Below are positions 52,848 through 64,000 of a DNA stretch of 64,000 nt, piece after piece; the stretch's first letter is position 1, and each line of letters begins with the position of its first letter. The notes beneath the pieces are model-generated. The model saw nothing but the letters and a program-made list of their open reading frames with translations. It ran no database searches and was not told the origin of the DNA. This DNA is from an uncultured Alphaproteobacteria bacterium (lineage in GTDB: Bacteria; Pseudomonadota; Alphaproteobacteria; Rs-D84): the NCBI GenBank assembly GCA_947053455.1, contig CAMRSV010000002.1:32001-96000 (forward strand). The letters run 5' to 3'. A program made the position numbers and the translations under genes.

Positions 52848-54209
52848 ATGAAAAAAATAAAGATTCCTGAAAGCATAAAAATCGAAGGCGGCCATACGCT
52901 GCGCGATGGCGCATCTGTCAAAATCAGCGGCGCCAAGAACGAAATTTTGGGTGCTATGTGTGCGGCCATACTAACCGATAAGCCGGTAAAATTTACAAAT
53001 GTGCCACATATAACGGACGTTATAGATTTAATTGACATAATGCAAGATATTGGCATCCGCACCAAGTATCATCCAAATAAAAAGACACTTGATATTCATG
53101 CGCAGCGAATAACATCAAATGAGCTAAACGAATCTGCATTAAAATTTCGAGCATCATATTACATATGGGGGGCACTGCTGGGGCGATTTACCAAAACTGG
53201 CGAATTTAATTCTTTAAAAATCAAAGTTCCCGGTGGATGTGCAGGATTTGGTACAAACGGCACACGTCCATTTGACTTTCACATAAATCTGTTGGAAAAC
53301 GTGTTCGGCGCCACATTGCATGACACGGGCAAGAATTTGGAATTCGTGCTACCAAAATCGTTCGATGCTGGGGTTGAACCAATTTATTCCACAACGCGCG
53401 TTTCACACGGCGCAACGTTTCATTGGATGCTGTCGGTCGCGCTGTCCCCCAATTTAAAGATGATATTTAATTCATCATTAGAGCCAGAGGTATCGCACCT
53501 GTTAAGTATTTTGAATAAAATGGGGGCAAATATCCGCGGCACAAATTCCGAGGCAATGACAAACCTGGGGCATACAAAATATCTGTTAAACGGCGGACAA
53601 TTTGAAATCATGCCAGATAGACTGGAAACCGGTTTTTATGCACAATTGGCATTGGCAACAAAATCAAAAATAAAATTGATTGGCACTGATGCACCGTCAT
53701 GCCGCCCATGGTTAAACACCATGATTGAAATCGCCGGAAAATCAAAGTGTAAAATCGGCAGAAAATCAATGGAATTTGATTTCCAAAATTTACATAAATT
53801 TACGGGTCGCAACATGATTATTTCACCCATACCGGGCAAAGAAACAGATATGCACCAAACCTGGGCGCCGGTATTATCCATGGCAACCAGCCAATCAAAA
53901 ATATATGACCCAATATACGAAAACCGCACAAGACATTTGCCGGAACTGGCTAAATTTGGTCTTAATTCATCCAGCCGGGTGCTTGACATAAAAAATTCTG
54001 TCGCGCCTAAATCCAGCGAAATTATAATAAACCCGTCTATATTGCGACCGGCGGTGGCAAATGGGATGGATTTACGCGGAACGGCGGCACTGATTATTGC
54101 GGCGACAATGGCAAATGGGGAAAGCACACTGTACGACATCGGATATGCTCTGCGAGGGTATCCTAATTTGATTCAAAATCTAAAGAACATCGGTATACAT
54201 ATAAGATAA
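52848..54209 (+). CDS. murA: UDP-N-acetylglucosamine 1-carboxyvinyltransferase (divergent)
   Basis: SGAKN, RASY, PGGC..RP.D.H, EPEV, PDRLE, ENR, DLRG, RGY. Confidence 0.88.
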   Translation: MKKIKIPESIKIEGGHTLRDGASVKISGAKNEILGAMCAAILTDKPVKFTNVPHITDVIDLIDIMQDIGIRTKYHPNKKTLDIHAQRITSNELNESALKFRASYYIWGALLGRFTKTGEFNSLKIKVPGGCAGFGTNGTRPFDFHINLLENVFGATLHDTGKNLEFVLPKSFDAGVEPIYSTTRVSHGATFHWMLSVALSPNLKMIFNSSLEPEVSHLLSILNKMGANIRGTNSEAMTNLGHTKYLLNGGQFEIMPDRLETGFYAQLALATKSKIKLIGTDAPSCRPWLNTMIEIAGKSKCKIGRKSMEFDFQNLHKFTGRNMIISPIPGKETDMHQTWAPVLSMATSQSKIYDPIYENRTRHLPELAKFGLNSSSRVLDIKNSVAPKSSEIIINPSILRPAVANGMDLRGTAALIIAATMANGESTLYDIGYALRGYPNLIQNLKNIGIHIR

Positions 54210-54325
54210 GATTGGAATATCGTCCTATGGAAAATCCCGTTATATGGGATAAACTAAATAACGGCTTACCAGAAAGGGCGAAGAGGCACAACCGAGAGAG
54301 TCGCCCACATATTTAATTTCCACAA

Positions 54326-54691
54326 TTATATACATGTATATTCGTAAGAATGCGGCATTTTGTACATGTTTTGCGTTACCGCATCAACAAATATAGGCAA
54401 CACGCCAAATAATCCACCTGGAATTATATCTAAAAATACGGCGGCCCCGTTCAATACCGGCTGAATAGTTGGCGCACCACATTCTGGGTTCTTGCTTTCA
54501 ATCAATATTTCACCCCTGGAATACAATGTCTTTTCTTCGCCGGGACGTATTTTATAAACACCCATCGTGCCAGATGCGGTTATAATATCTTCTGAATTAT
54601 TGTGTATTGTAATATCCCGATTTCGCCCAATTCCCATCGCCCCACAAGATGAAAGAAATAAAACAGAACAAATTAAAATAATATTTTTCAT
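54326..54691 (-). CDS. putative lipoprotein
   Basis: LSSC lipobox; C-terminal hydrophobic segment with VDAVT. Confidence 0.7.
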   Translation of the reverse strand: MKNIILICSVLFLSSCGAMGIGRNRDITIHNNSEDIITASGTMGVYKIRPGEEKTLYSRGEILIESKNPECGAPTIQPVLNGAAVFLDIIPGGLFGVLPIFVDAVTQNMYKMPHSYEYTCI

Positions 54692-54758
54692 GCGCCCTCT
54701 CTTCTTTATGAGTGAGATTATAATCCCATATAATATTCATATCAAGCGCCATATTTGA

Positions 54759-57763
<3,005 letters not shown>

Positions 57764-57829
57764 GTTTGATATTATACCACAAATAATGACATTAAAAAAA
57801 CATAAAAAACGGGGCGTCGCCCCGCTTTT

Positions 57830-59620
57830 TTATTCGCCGATAAATCCATCCGACTGCATCCGCCACAGTCTGGCGTATTCGCCACCGCGACGCATCAATT
57901 GTGTGTGCGTTCCAGATTCCAATATTTTTCCGTGATTTATCACAACAATCCTGTCCATGTTGCGCAAGGTTGATAATCTATGCGCGATGGCAATTGTGGT
58001 ACGGCCGGCGGACAAATCGTCAAACGATTTTTGAATCGCAATTTCTGTTTCACTGTCCAGGGCAGATGTTGCCTCATCCAGAATCAATACCGGGGCATCT
58101 TTTAAAAATGCACGGGCAATGGCGACACGCTGACGTTGGCCACCGGATAATTTAATTCCGCGGTCACCAACCATGGAATCATACTTCTTTTCCGTTGCCA
58201 TGATAAATTCGTCGGCACTGGCGCGGCGCGCGGCGTCACGAATTTCACGCAATGAAGCATCCGCACGTCCATAACCAATATTTTCACGCACTGTGCGGTT
58301 AAACATTGTCGGTTCCTGGGGGATAAAGGCAATACTTTCACGCAAAGAATCCTGGGTAACGTCGCGAATATTTTGCCCGTCGATTAATATTTCACCGCGA
58401 GCCGGATCATAAAAACGCATCAGCAAATTTACCAATGTCGTTTTACCCGCACCCGACGCCCCAACGAGCCCCACACGTTCACCGGGATTTATCGTCAGGT
58501 TAAAATCACGCAGTACCCATTTGTTCTTATACTTGAACCAAACCTTTTTAAATTCGATTTTACCGCGCGTAACGACCAGTGCTGGTGCATTCGGTGCATC
58601 TTGAACGTCAATTGGAATGATAAGTTCATCATAAGATTTTTTCGCACTGCCGATTTTATCAACAATTTCCGGAATCATGTCAACGATTGCCCCAATTGAA
58701 CCCATAACGGAAAAATAAACCGATGTCGTAAATACAATTTCACTTAATTTCATTTCGCCGCGTACAAATAAATACACACACAAAAACAACGTTGCGCCGT
58801 ACATTATATCCCAGACAATGCTGGGCACGGCCCAAAACAAACGCTGGACATACGACGAATAAATTGCGTCACGAATACGCTTTGCACGTGGAGCGCGCAA
58901 ATACTCGCGTTCTTTTTTGGCGCCGGCAAACAATTTTACAATTGAAAAGTTTGATAAACTGTCCACCAATTTCCCCGACAGAGTTGAATAAGATTCACTG
59001 GCCTGTTTTGATGCGTTGTGCATTTTTTTCATCAGCGCCAAACTATACACCAAACGGAACGCAAACACGCCACCCAATATCATCGCAACATAGCGATTTA
59101 TACCGATAAGCAGCCCGACGTTCAGCAACATAATCAGAACCAACGCCGACACACGAAACAAACGGTTTACAATAAAAACCCCGTCGGAAACATAATTTAT
59201 CTGGCTGTTAATTTTGCCGGCCATGCGCCCGGTCCAGAACGACATAGATTGATTTTGCGTATATTCTGTCAAGATTTCCGATATTTGATTTTTTATAATC
59301 GGACTCAATCGTGAAAAGTACATATCACGCAATGTCGCACCAAGTGTAAAGGACATTTCTAATCCGATAATTATCAGCAATGTTGGCAACGCATGCATCA
59401 CAAATTCCTGCATTCCCGTTACCGGATATTCAAACAATGCAATAAACCAACGTTGTGTCATGGGAAACCACATACCGCCCGAAACACCCCAAAACATTAC
59501 TATTGCCCATGCAATCAACAACGCCCAATGCCCGCGCGCAGCATACTTTACATAAAATTTCCACAGTGATTTAGGCAACGCGCCCGATTGTTGTAATTTC
59601 TTTGCGTCTTTCATCATCAT
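57830..59620 (-). CDS. ABC transporter ATP-binding/permease (exporter)
   Basis: TM domain plus GASGAGKT, LSGGQRQR, LDEATSALD. Confidence 0.93.
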   Translation of the reverse strand: MMMKDAKKLQQSGALPKSLWKFYVKYAARGHWALLIAWAIVMFWGVSGGMWFPMTQRWFIALFEYPVTGMQEFVMHALPTLLIIIGLEMSFTLGATLRDMYFSRLSPIIKNQISEILTEYTQNQSMSFWTGRMAGKINSQINYVSDGVFIVNRLFRVSALVLIMLLNVGLLIGINRYVAMILGGVFAFRLVYSLALMKKMHNASKQASESYSTLSGKLVDSLSNFSIVKLFAGAKKEREYLRAPRAKRIRDAIYSSYVQRLFWAVPSIVWDIMYGATLFLCVYLFVRGEMKLSEIVFTTSVYFSVMGSIGAIVDMIPEIVDKIGSAKKSYDELIIPIDVQDAPNAPALVVTRGKIEFKKVWFKYKNKWVLRDFNLTINPGERVGLVGASGAGKTTLVNLLMRFYDPARGEILIDGQNIRDVTQDSLRESIAFIPQEPTMFNRTVRENIGYGRADASLREIRDAARRASADEFIMATEKKYDSMVGDRGIKLSGGQRQRVAIARAFLKDAPVLILDEATSALDSETEIAIQKSFDDLSAGRTTIAIAHRLSTLRNMDRIVVINHGKILESGTHTQLMRRGGEYARLWRMQSDGFIGE

Positions 59621-59640
59621 TTCCCCATATTGCGTCCAGA

Positions 59641-59780
59641 CAAACGTTCGTTTTGATTGGGCGTTTTTAATTTTTTACACATCCCACAAATCCGGGATTT
59701 TTGCCACTGGTGTTCGGTTATATTCAAACGAACGTTTTGATTGGGCATAAAAAAAAGGTTAAAAATCCCGGTAATCCGGG
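59641..59780. repeat. 84-bp-period degenerate duplication upstream of the ABC transporter
   Basis: CAAACG(TT/AA)CGTTTTGATTGGGC at 59641 and 59725; ATCCC...AATCCGGG at 59681 and 59765. Confidence 0.7.
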
Positions 59781-59883
59781 TCAAAAGTCGAAAATGCACG
59801 ACACTAAAGAAACGTTGGTTTTAATTGTGCACGCTATCCAACTTTGTGCGGATTATATACACAACAATATTTTTATTCAAGAT

Positions 59884-61662
59884 TTATTTTACAACAATAT
59901 CATGAAATATTTCGGCCGGAATTGTACCACCCGTTATTTTTGACGACATCGGGGTAAAATCGTCATTTCCGACCCACACACCCACAATCATATTGTTTGT
60001 TGCGCCGACAAACCACGCGTCACGGTTACCATTGCTGGTTCCAGTTTTTCCACCCAGAACATTCTTACCCGCTGCGCGTCGCCCGGTGCCGCCGGTGCGC
60101 ACAACATCGGACAACAGTTCTGTCATATACCCAACCGTATCTGCCCCCAGCACAGGTATCGGGTCGGACGGATTTCGTTCATACAGAACATTACCCATCG
60201 GGTCGGTTATTTTTGTAATGGAATATGGCCGCACCGATGCACCATCATTCCAAATAACGGCGTAAATCGTCGTCAAATCCAGCAGCGTCATTTCCGATGC
60301 ACCCAAAACCGTTGAATATTCACGGCGCAGTTTGGTGCCAACCCCCAATCGACCCGCCATATCCAATACCGCGTCAATTCCATACGTTTCGGTTAATTTT
60401 AACGGTACGGAATTCACACTTTTTGAAAATGCAGTGGACAATTTAATGTCCCCGTAATAACGTTCGTTATAATTTTTTGGATTATAATCGCCAATTGCAA
60501 ACGGTGAATCATTTACATACGTATCCGGCGTCATACCGTTTTCCAGCGCGACCAGATACACAACAGGCTTGAACGCGCTGCCCGGTTGACGCGGGGCAAT
60601 GGCGCGATTAAACTGGCTGGTTTGGTAATCGGCACCGCCGGCCATTGCGCGCACCGCGCCCGAATACGTCATGGCGACAACCGCCCCCTGATAATCACCA
60701 ACTTTTTTTGGCAAAATATTGGCAACGCGTTCCTGTAAGCCCATGTCCAGCGTGGTGTACACATACATATCGGATTCAAAGCCGCCAATACGCGAACGCA
60801 CCTCGTCCAGGACAAAGTCCGTCCAATAACGATATGCATTTGTGTCCGGGGTCGGTGTGGCAGCAGACAAAGATTGCGCCGCAATACGCGCCTGGTTTAA
60901 TGTAATATATCCCTGGCGCACCATTTCGGTTAGAACCACACGAGCGCGCGCAATGTTTTTTTCCGGATGCTGCAACGGGCTGTATGTTGTCGGCGCCTTT
61001 AGCATGGCGGCAATCTGTGCGGCCTGGGCAATGGTCATGTTATTTGCAGACGTCTGGAACATTGTGCGCGCGGCGGCGTCAATCCCGCGCATCCCCCCCA
61101 CCAGTGACACACGGTTCATGTATAAATCCAAAACCTGGTTTTTATTAAAACGATTTTCCAACCAGTATGATAAAATCAATTCCTGAATCTTGCGCGATAT
61201 TGTTTTTTTTCGTGATAAGAATATGTTTTTTGCGGTCTGTTGCGTAATGGACGAACCACCCGCCGCAATACGCCCATGAATTATGTTTGACAACACCGCC
61301 CGTGTAATGCCGCGTACATCAATGGGTCCGTGTTTAAAGAAACGCTTGTCTTCAATTGCGACAATCGCCTGCCATACGTGTGGTGGCAACGTTTCAACCG
61401 ACACCGGTGTACCCATTATTCGGTTTGACGCACGAATTTCTGTTCCGTTTTTATCCAAGAATATAACCGCCGCAGGGCGCGTTTCATGCAATATTGCATC
61501 CAAAGACGGCATCTGCAGAAAAATCACCAATACATATGCCGCCACCGCAACCACACACATCAAAAACAGATTCAATAAATAAATTAGCATACGCCGCCTG
61601 AATGATGGGGCGGGCTTTTCATCAATTTTCCTAACTGCTTCGCGACGCGGCATGGCGTGCAT
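59884..61662 (-). CDS. class A penicillin-binding protein (PBP1A family)
   Basis: EDKRF, GGSSITQQ, RKIQE, SAFK, SVN, KTG motifs. Confidence 0.93.
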   Translation of the reverse strand: MHAMPRREAVRKIDEKPAPSFRRRMLIYLLNLFLMCVVAVAAYVLVIFLQMPSLDAILHETRPAAVIFLDKNGTEIRASNRIMGTPVSVETLPPHVWQAIVAIEDKRFFKHGPIDVRGITRAVLSNIIHGRIAAGGSSITQQTAKNIFLSRKKTISRKIQELILSYWLENRFNKNQVLDLYMNRVSLVGGMRGIDAAARTMFQTSANNMTIAQAAQIAAMLKAPTTYSPLQHPEKNIARARVVLTEMVRQGYITLNQARIAAQSLSAATPTPDTNAYRYWTDFVLDEVRSRIGGFESDMYVYTTLDMGLQERVANILPKKVGDYQGAVVAMTYSGAVRAMAGGADYQTSQFNRAIAPRQPGSAFKPVVYLVALENGMTPDTYVNDSPFAIGDYNPKNYNERYYGDIKLSTAFSKSVNSVPLKLTETYGIDAVLDMAGRLGVGTKLRREYSTVLGASEMTLLDLTTIYAVIWNDGASVRPYSITKITDPMGNVLYERNPSDPIPVLGADTVGYMTELLSDVVRTGGTGRRAAGKNVLGGKTGTSNGNRDAWFVGATNNMIVGVWVGNDDFTPMSSKITGGTIPAEIFHDIVVK

Positions 61663-61749
61663 ATCTCCTTTTGGGAAAAATTATACCACAAATAAAAACA
61701 GCCCCGCCATAAAAAAGGATATTAAAAATCCCCCATTCGGGGGATTTAA

Positions 61750-62322
61750 TTATTTGTACACAACAACCATTGCAGTTCGCAGAACACTGTCGCCAAACAT
61801 ATATCCGGCCTGCATTTCCGCCGCGATTGTATCGGGTTCTGGTTTTGCATCCACATCCGATGGTATCGGCATTATTTGAATCGCATTATGAAACTGCGGA
61901 TTTAATTTTTCCCCGACCGTACCAATACGCGTAATTCCAATCTGGGCAAAGACAGATTCCAGCGCACGCGCCATAGATTTTATTCCATCGTCATCGGGAC
62001 TGTGCTTCAATGCGGCATCCACTGCGTCCATAACCGGCAATATTTTTCCCGCAATCGACATTGCACGCGTGCGCGCCATGCTTTCCGCATCAATTGCCGC
62101 ACGGCGACGTGTATTTTCCAATTCGGCCGCCATGCGCAAATATTTGTCGTTTAATTCGCGAACTTGCGCAATCAGAGTTTCCACTTGATTCTCGCACTTG
62201 TCACCGTCCGCAGGATTTGCAGCATTACACTTGGCGCCAGCATTTACGTTCACATCATTATTTGCGACGCCCGCCGCATCGTCCAGTGATACTTCCTCTA
62301 CCTTTACTTCTTTTTCTTCCAT
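61750..62322 (-). CDS. grpE: nucleotide exchange factor GrpE
   Basis: LRMAAELENTRRR, P.FHNAI, GY....LRTAMVVV. Confidence 0.93.
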   Translation of the reverse strand: MEEKEVKVEEVSLDDAAGVANNDVNVNAGAKCNAANPADGDKCENQVETLIAQVRELNDKYLRMAAELENTRRRAAIDAESMARTRAMSIAGKILPVMDAVDAALKHSPDDDGIKSMARALESVFAQIGITRIGTVGEKLNPQFHNAIQIMPIPSDVDAKPEPDTIAAEMQAGYMFGDSVLRTAMVVVYK

Positions 62323-62386
62323 GATATTACCTATCTCAAAACTTTGTGGGGGCGGCGGATTTGCCCCCGACGCCACCACTATATAA

Positions 62387-63091
62387 TTATTTCATACTGG
62401 TTATTATAGGTATGAAATCATCCGGCGTCAAGGATGCGCCGCCAACCAACACGCCGTCAACGTTCGCAATGGACATAATTTGCGCCGCATTCGCCCCCTT
62501 TACACTTGCACCATAGAGCACCGGTGTACCGCCCCGCCCCATGGATTCCAATGTTTTCGCAATTAGTGTATGTGCCTGTGCAATTTCGGCGTCCGTCGGT
62601 GTTAGTCCCGCCCCAATCGCCCAGCGCGGTTCATACGCAATTATAACATCAGTTTCCGGCATATCCGGCACAGATTCACGCACACCCGATTCAATGATGG
62701 CCATAGTTTTGCCGGCCTGTTTTTCTTCCATTGTTTCACCGACACAAATAATCGGTGTCAGGCCATGCGTCAATGCGGCGGCCGCCTTTTCGCGTACAAT
62801 GTCATTTGTTTCATTATGATACATGCGTCGTTCACTGTGCCCAACAATTACATACTTTGCCCCGGCATCGCGCAGCATTTGTGCAGACACTTCGCCGGTA
62901 TAAGCGCCTTTTTCATGTGAACTTACATCCTGTGCCCCCAGCGCCACTGTTGAATCAATTGGTTGAATCATTGTAAACGGCACACACAACACAACGCGGT
63001 TATTTGTTTCCACCACCCCCAGTGCCGCAACCATTTCCGACAATGCTGCACGACTGCCGTTCATTTTCCAGTTTCCTGCAATTATTTTCAT
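62387..63091 (-). CDS. tpiA: triosephosphate isomerase
   Basis: AGNWKMN, GHSERR, AYEPRWAIG, LVGGASL. Confidence 0.97.
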   Translation of the reverse strand: MKIIAGNWKMNGSRAALSEMVAALGVVETNNRVVLCVPFTMIQPIDSTVALGAQDVSSHEKGAYTGEVSAQMLRDAGAKYVIVGHSERRMYHNETNDIVREKAAAALTHGLTPIICVGETMEEKQAGKTMAIIESGVRESVPDMPETDVIIAYEPRWAIGAGLTPTDAEIAQAHTLIAKTLESMGRGGTPVLYGASVKGANAAQIMSIANVDGVLVGGASLTPDDFIPIITSMK

Positions 63092-63158
63092 ATTTTTTCC
63101 CCTTTTTTAATTGATTTGTATTACATCGTTTTGCTATGGTAGCGCAAAAGGGGATCAA

Positions 63159-64000
63159 ATGCTAGAATATTTACGCAATGCGGCGGAAAAACCGCTGGCA
63201 AAAATTTTAATTGGAATTTTGGCCTTTTCTTTCGTGGGCTGGGGGGTTGCCGAATATATTTTCGGCGGCGGAATGCAGAATGCAAACACCTTGGCACGCG
63301 TCGGGGGCGAGGCCGTTACAATGCAGCAATTTAATATGGAAAAATCACGTGTAATGTCAAACATGACACGCGAACAGCAACGTGCCGTATATGCCGACCC
63401 GGCCGCCACAATGGCATTTTCAGATGCAATTATGTCGACACTGGTCACACAGCAAATGGCAAATTCACGCGCCACCGATTTAGGATTTGTTGTATCCGAT
63501 GCGCGCATCGCACGCGAAATCCGCGAATTTCCAGAATTTCAAATGAACGGACAGTTTTCAACCGCAATGTTTGACGCGGTGTTGGCACATTCCGGATATA
63601 CAGAGGCGGACTTTGCAAACATCCTACGCGGACAGATTTTGCGTTCAATGACACTGGGGTCAATGTCAATTCCGCTGCCGGTTACGGGTTTTGCGGCGGA
63701 TGCCATGTATAACGCCCGCCATGGCATGCGTGACATTGAATATGCAACGGTAAAATTTTCAGATTTCAAGGCCGGCACACCCACCGATGCCCAGCTGCGT
63801 GAATTTTACAATCAAAACCCACATATGATTCCCGAAATGCGCAGCGTATCTTATGTACTGATTCCGGCCGACATGTCCAAGCCGGATTCATACGATGCGG
63901 CATATAAAACCGCACAAAGTGTCGAAGATGATATTATCGGCGGCGAGCCTTTATCAAAAGCGGCATCAACGCACAAGGCGAGATTCAAATCATTTAAGGC
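63159..64000 (+). CDS. ppiD: PpiD/SurA N-terminal domain protein (truncated by window end)
   Basis: MLEYLRN..AKILIGILAFSFVGWGV start after AGGGG; open to window end; divergent from tpiA. Confidence 0.8.
   Translation, partial: MLEYLRNAAEKPLAKILIGILAFSFVGWGVAEYIFGGGMQNANTLARVGGEAVTMQQFNMEKSRVMSNMTREQQRAVYADPAATMAFSDAIMSTLVTQQMANSRATDLGFVVSDARIAREIREFPEFQMNGQFSTAMFDAVLAHSGYTEADFANILRGQILRSMTLGSMSIPLPVTGFAADAMYNARHGMRDIEYATVKFSDFKAGTPTDAQLREFYNQNPHMIPEMRSVSYVLIPADMSKPDSYDAAYKTAQSVEDDIIGGEPLSKAASTHKARFKSFK

Overview
Gene-dense chromosomal window from a compact-genome Gram-negative bacterium. The gene set and RNase E/GroEL/FabI features suggest an Alphaproteobacterium, possibly an uncultured host-associated lineage (inference). 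Housekeeping genes include tgt, queA, era, bamD, murJ, rlpA, tdk, prmC, ftsH, tilS, groES/EL, rne, secG, rnc, lepB, comM, ackA, tcdA, fabI, rmlAB, murA, ligA, PBP1A, grpE, tpiA and ppiD. There are three tRNAs (Arg-ACG, Lys-TTT, Asn-GTT), many orphan secreted or Cys-rich proteins, and an AT-rich islet beside tRNA-Asn carrying a NUDIX + DUF2075 nuclease-helicase pair. The main unexplained signal is a family of six structured non-coding elements of about 145-210 nt (10603+, 16255-, three in tandem at 25882-26522-, 29738+). Each has its own sigma70-like promoter and the same order of helices despite diverged sequence. Each carries a copy-specific 5' 'address' (U-turn-like loop plus flank) and a 3' 'anti-address', plus a central motif that can pair with either of two partners, one of which overlaps a terminator in the four gene-preceding copies. 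Those four precede secreted/Cys-rich genes or an XRE-like HTH gene. Two copies have no ORF, and one of these is a hybrid whose ends match its neighbours, suggesting a trans-acting RNA relay. All structure calls were made by eye; no folding or database search was run.
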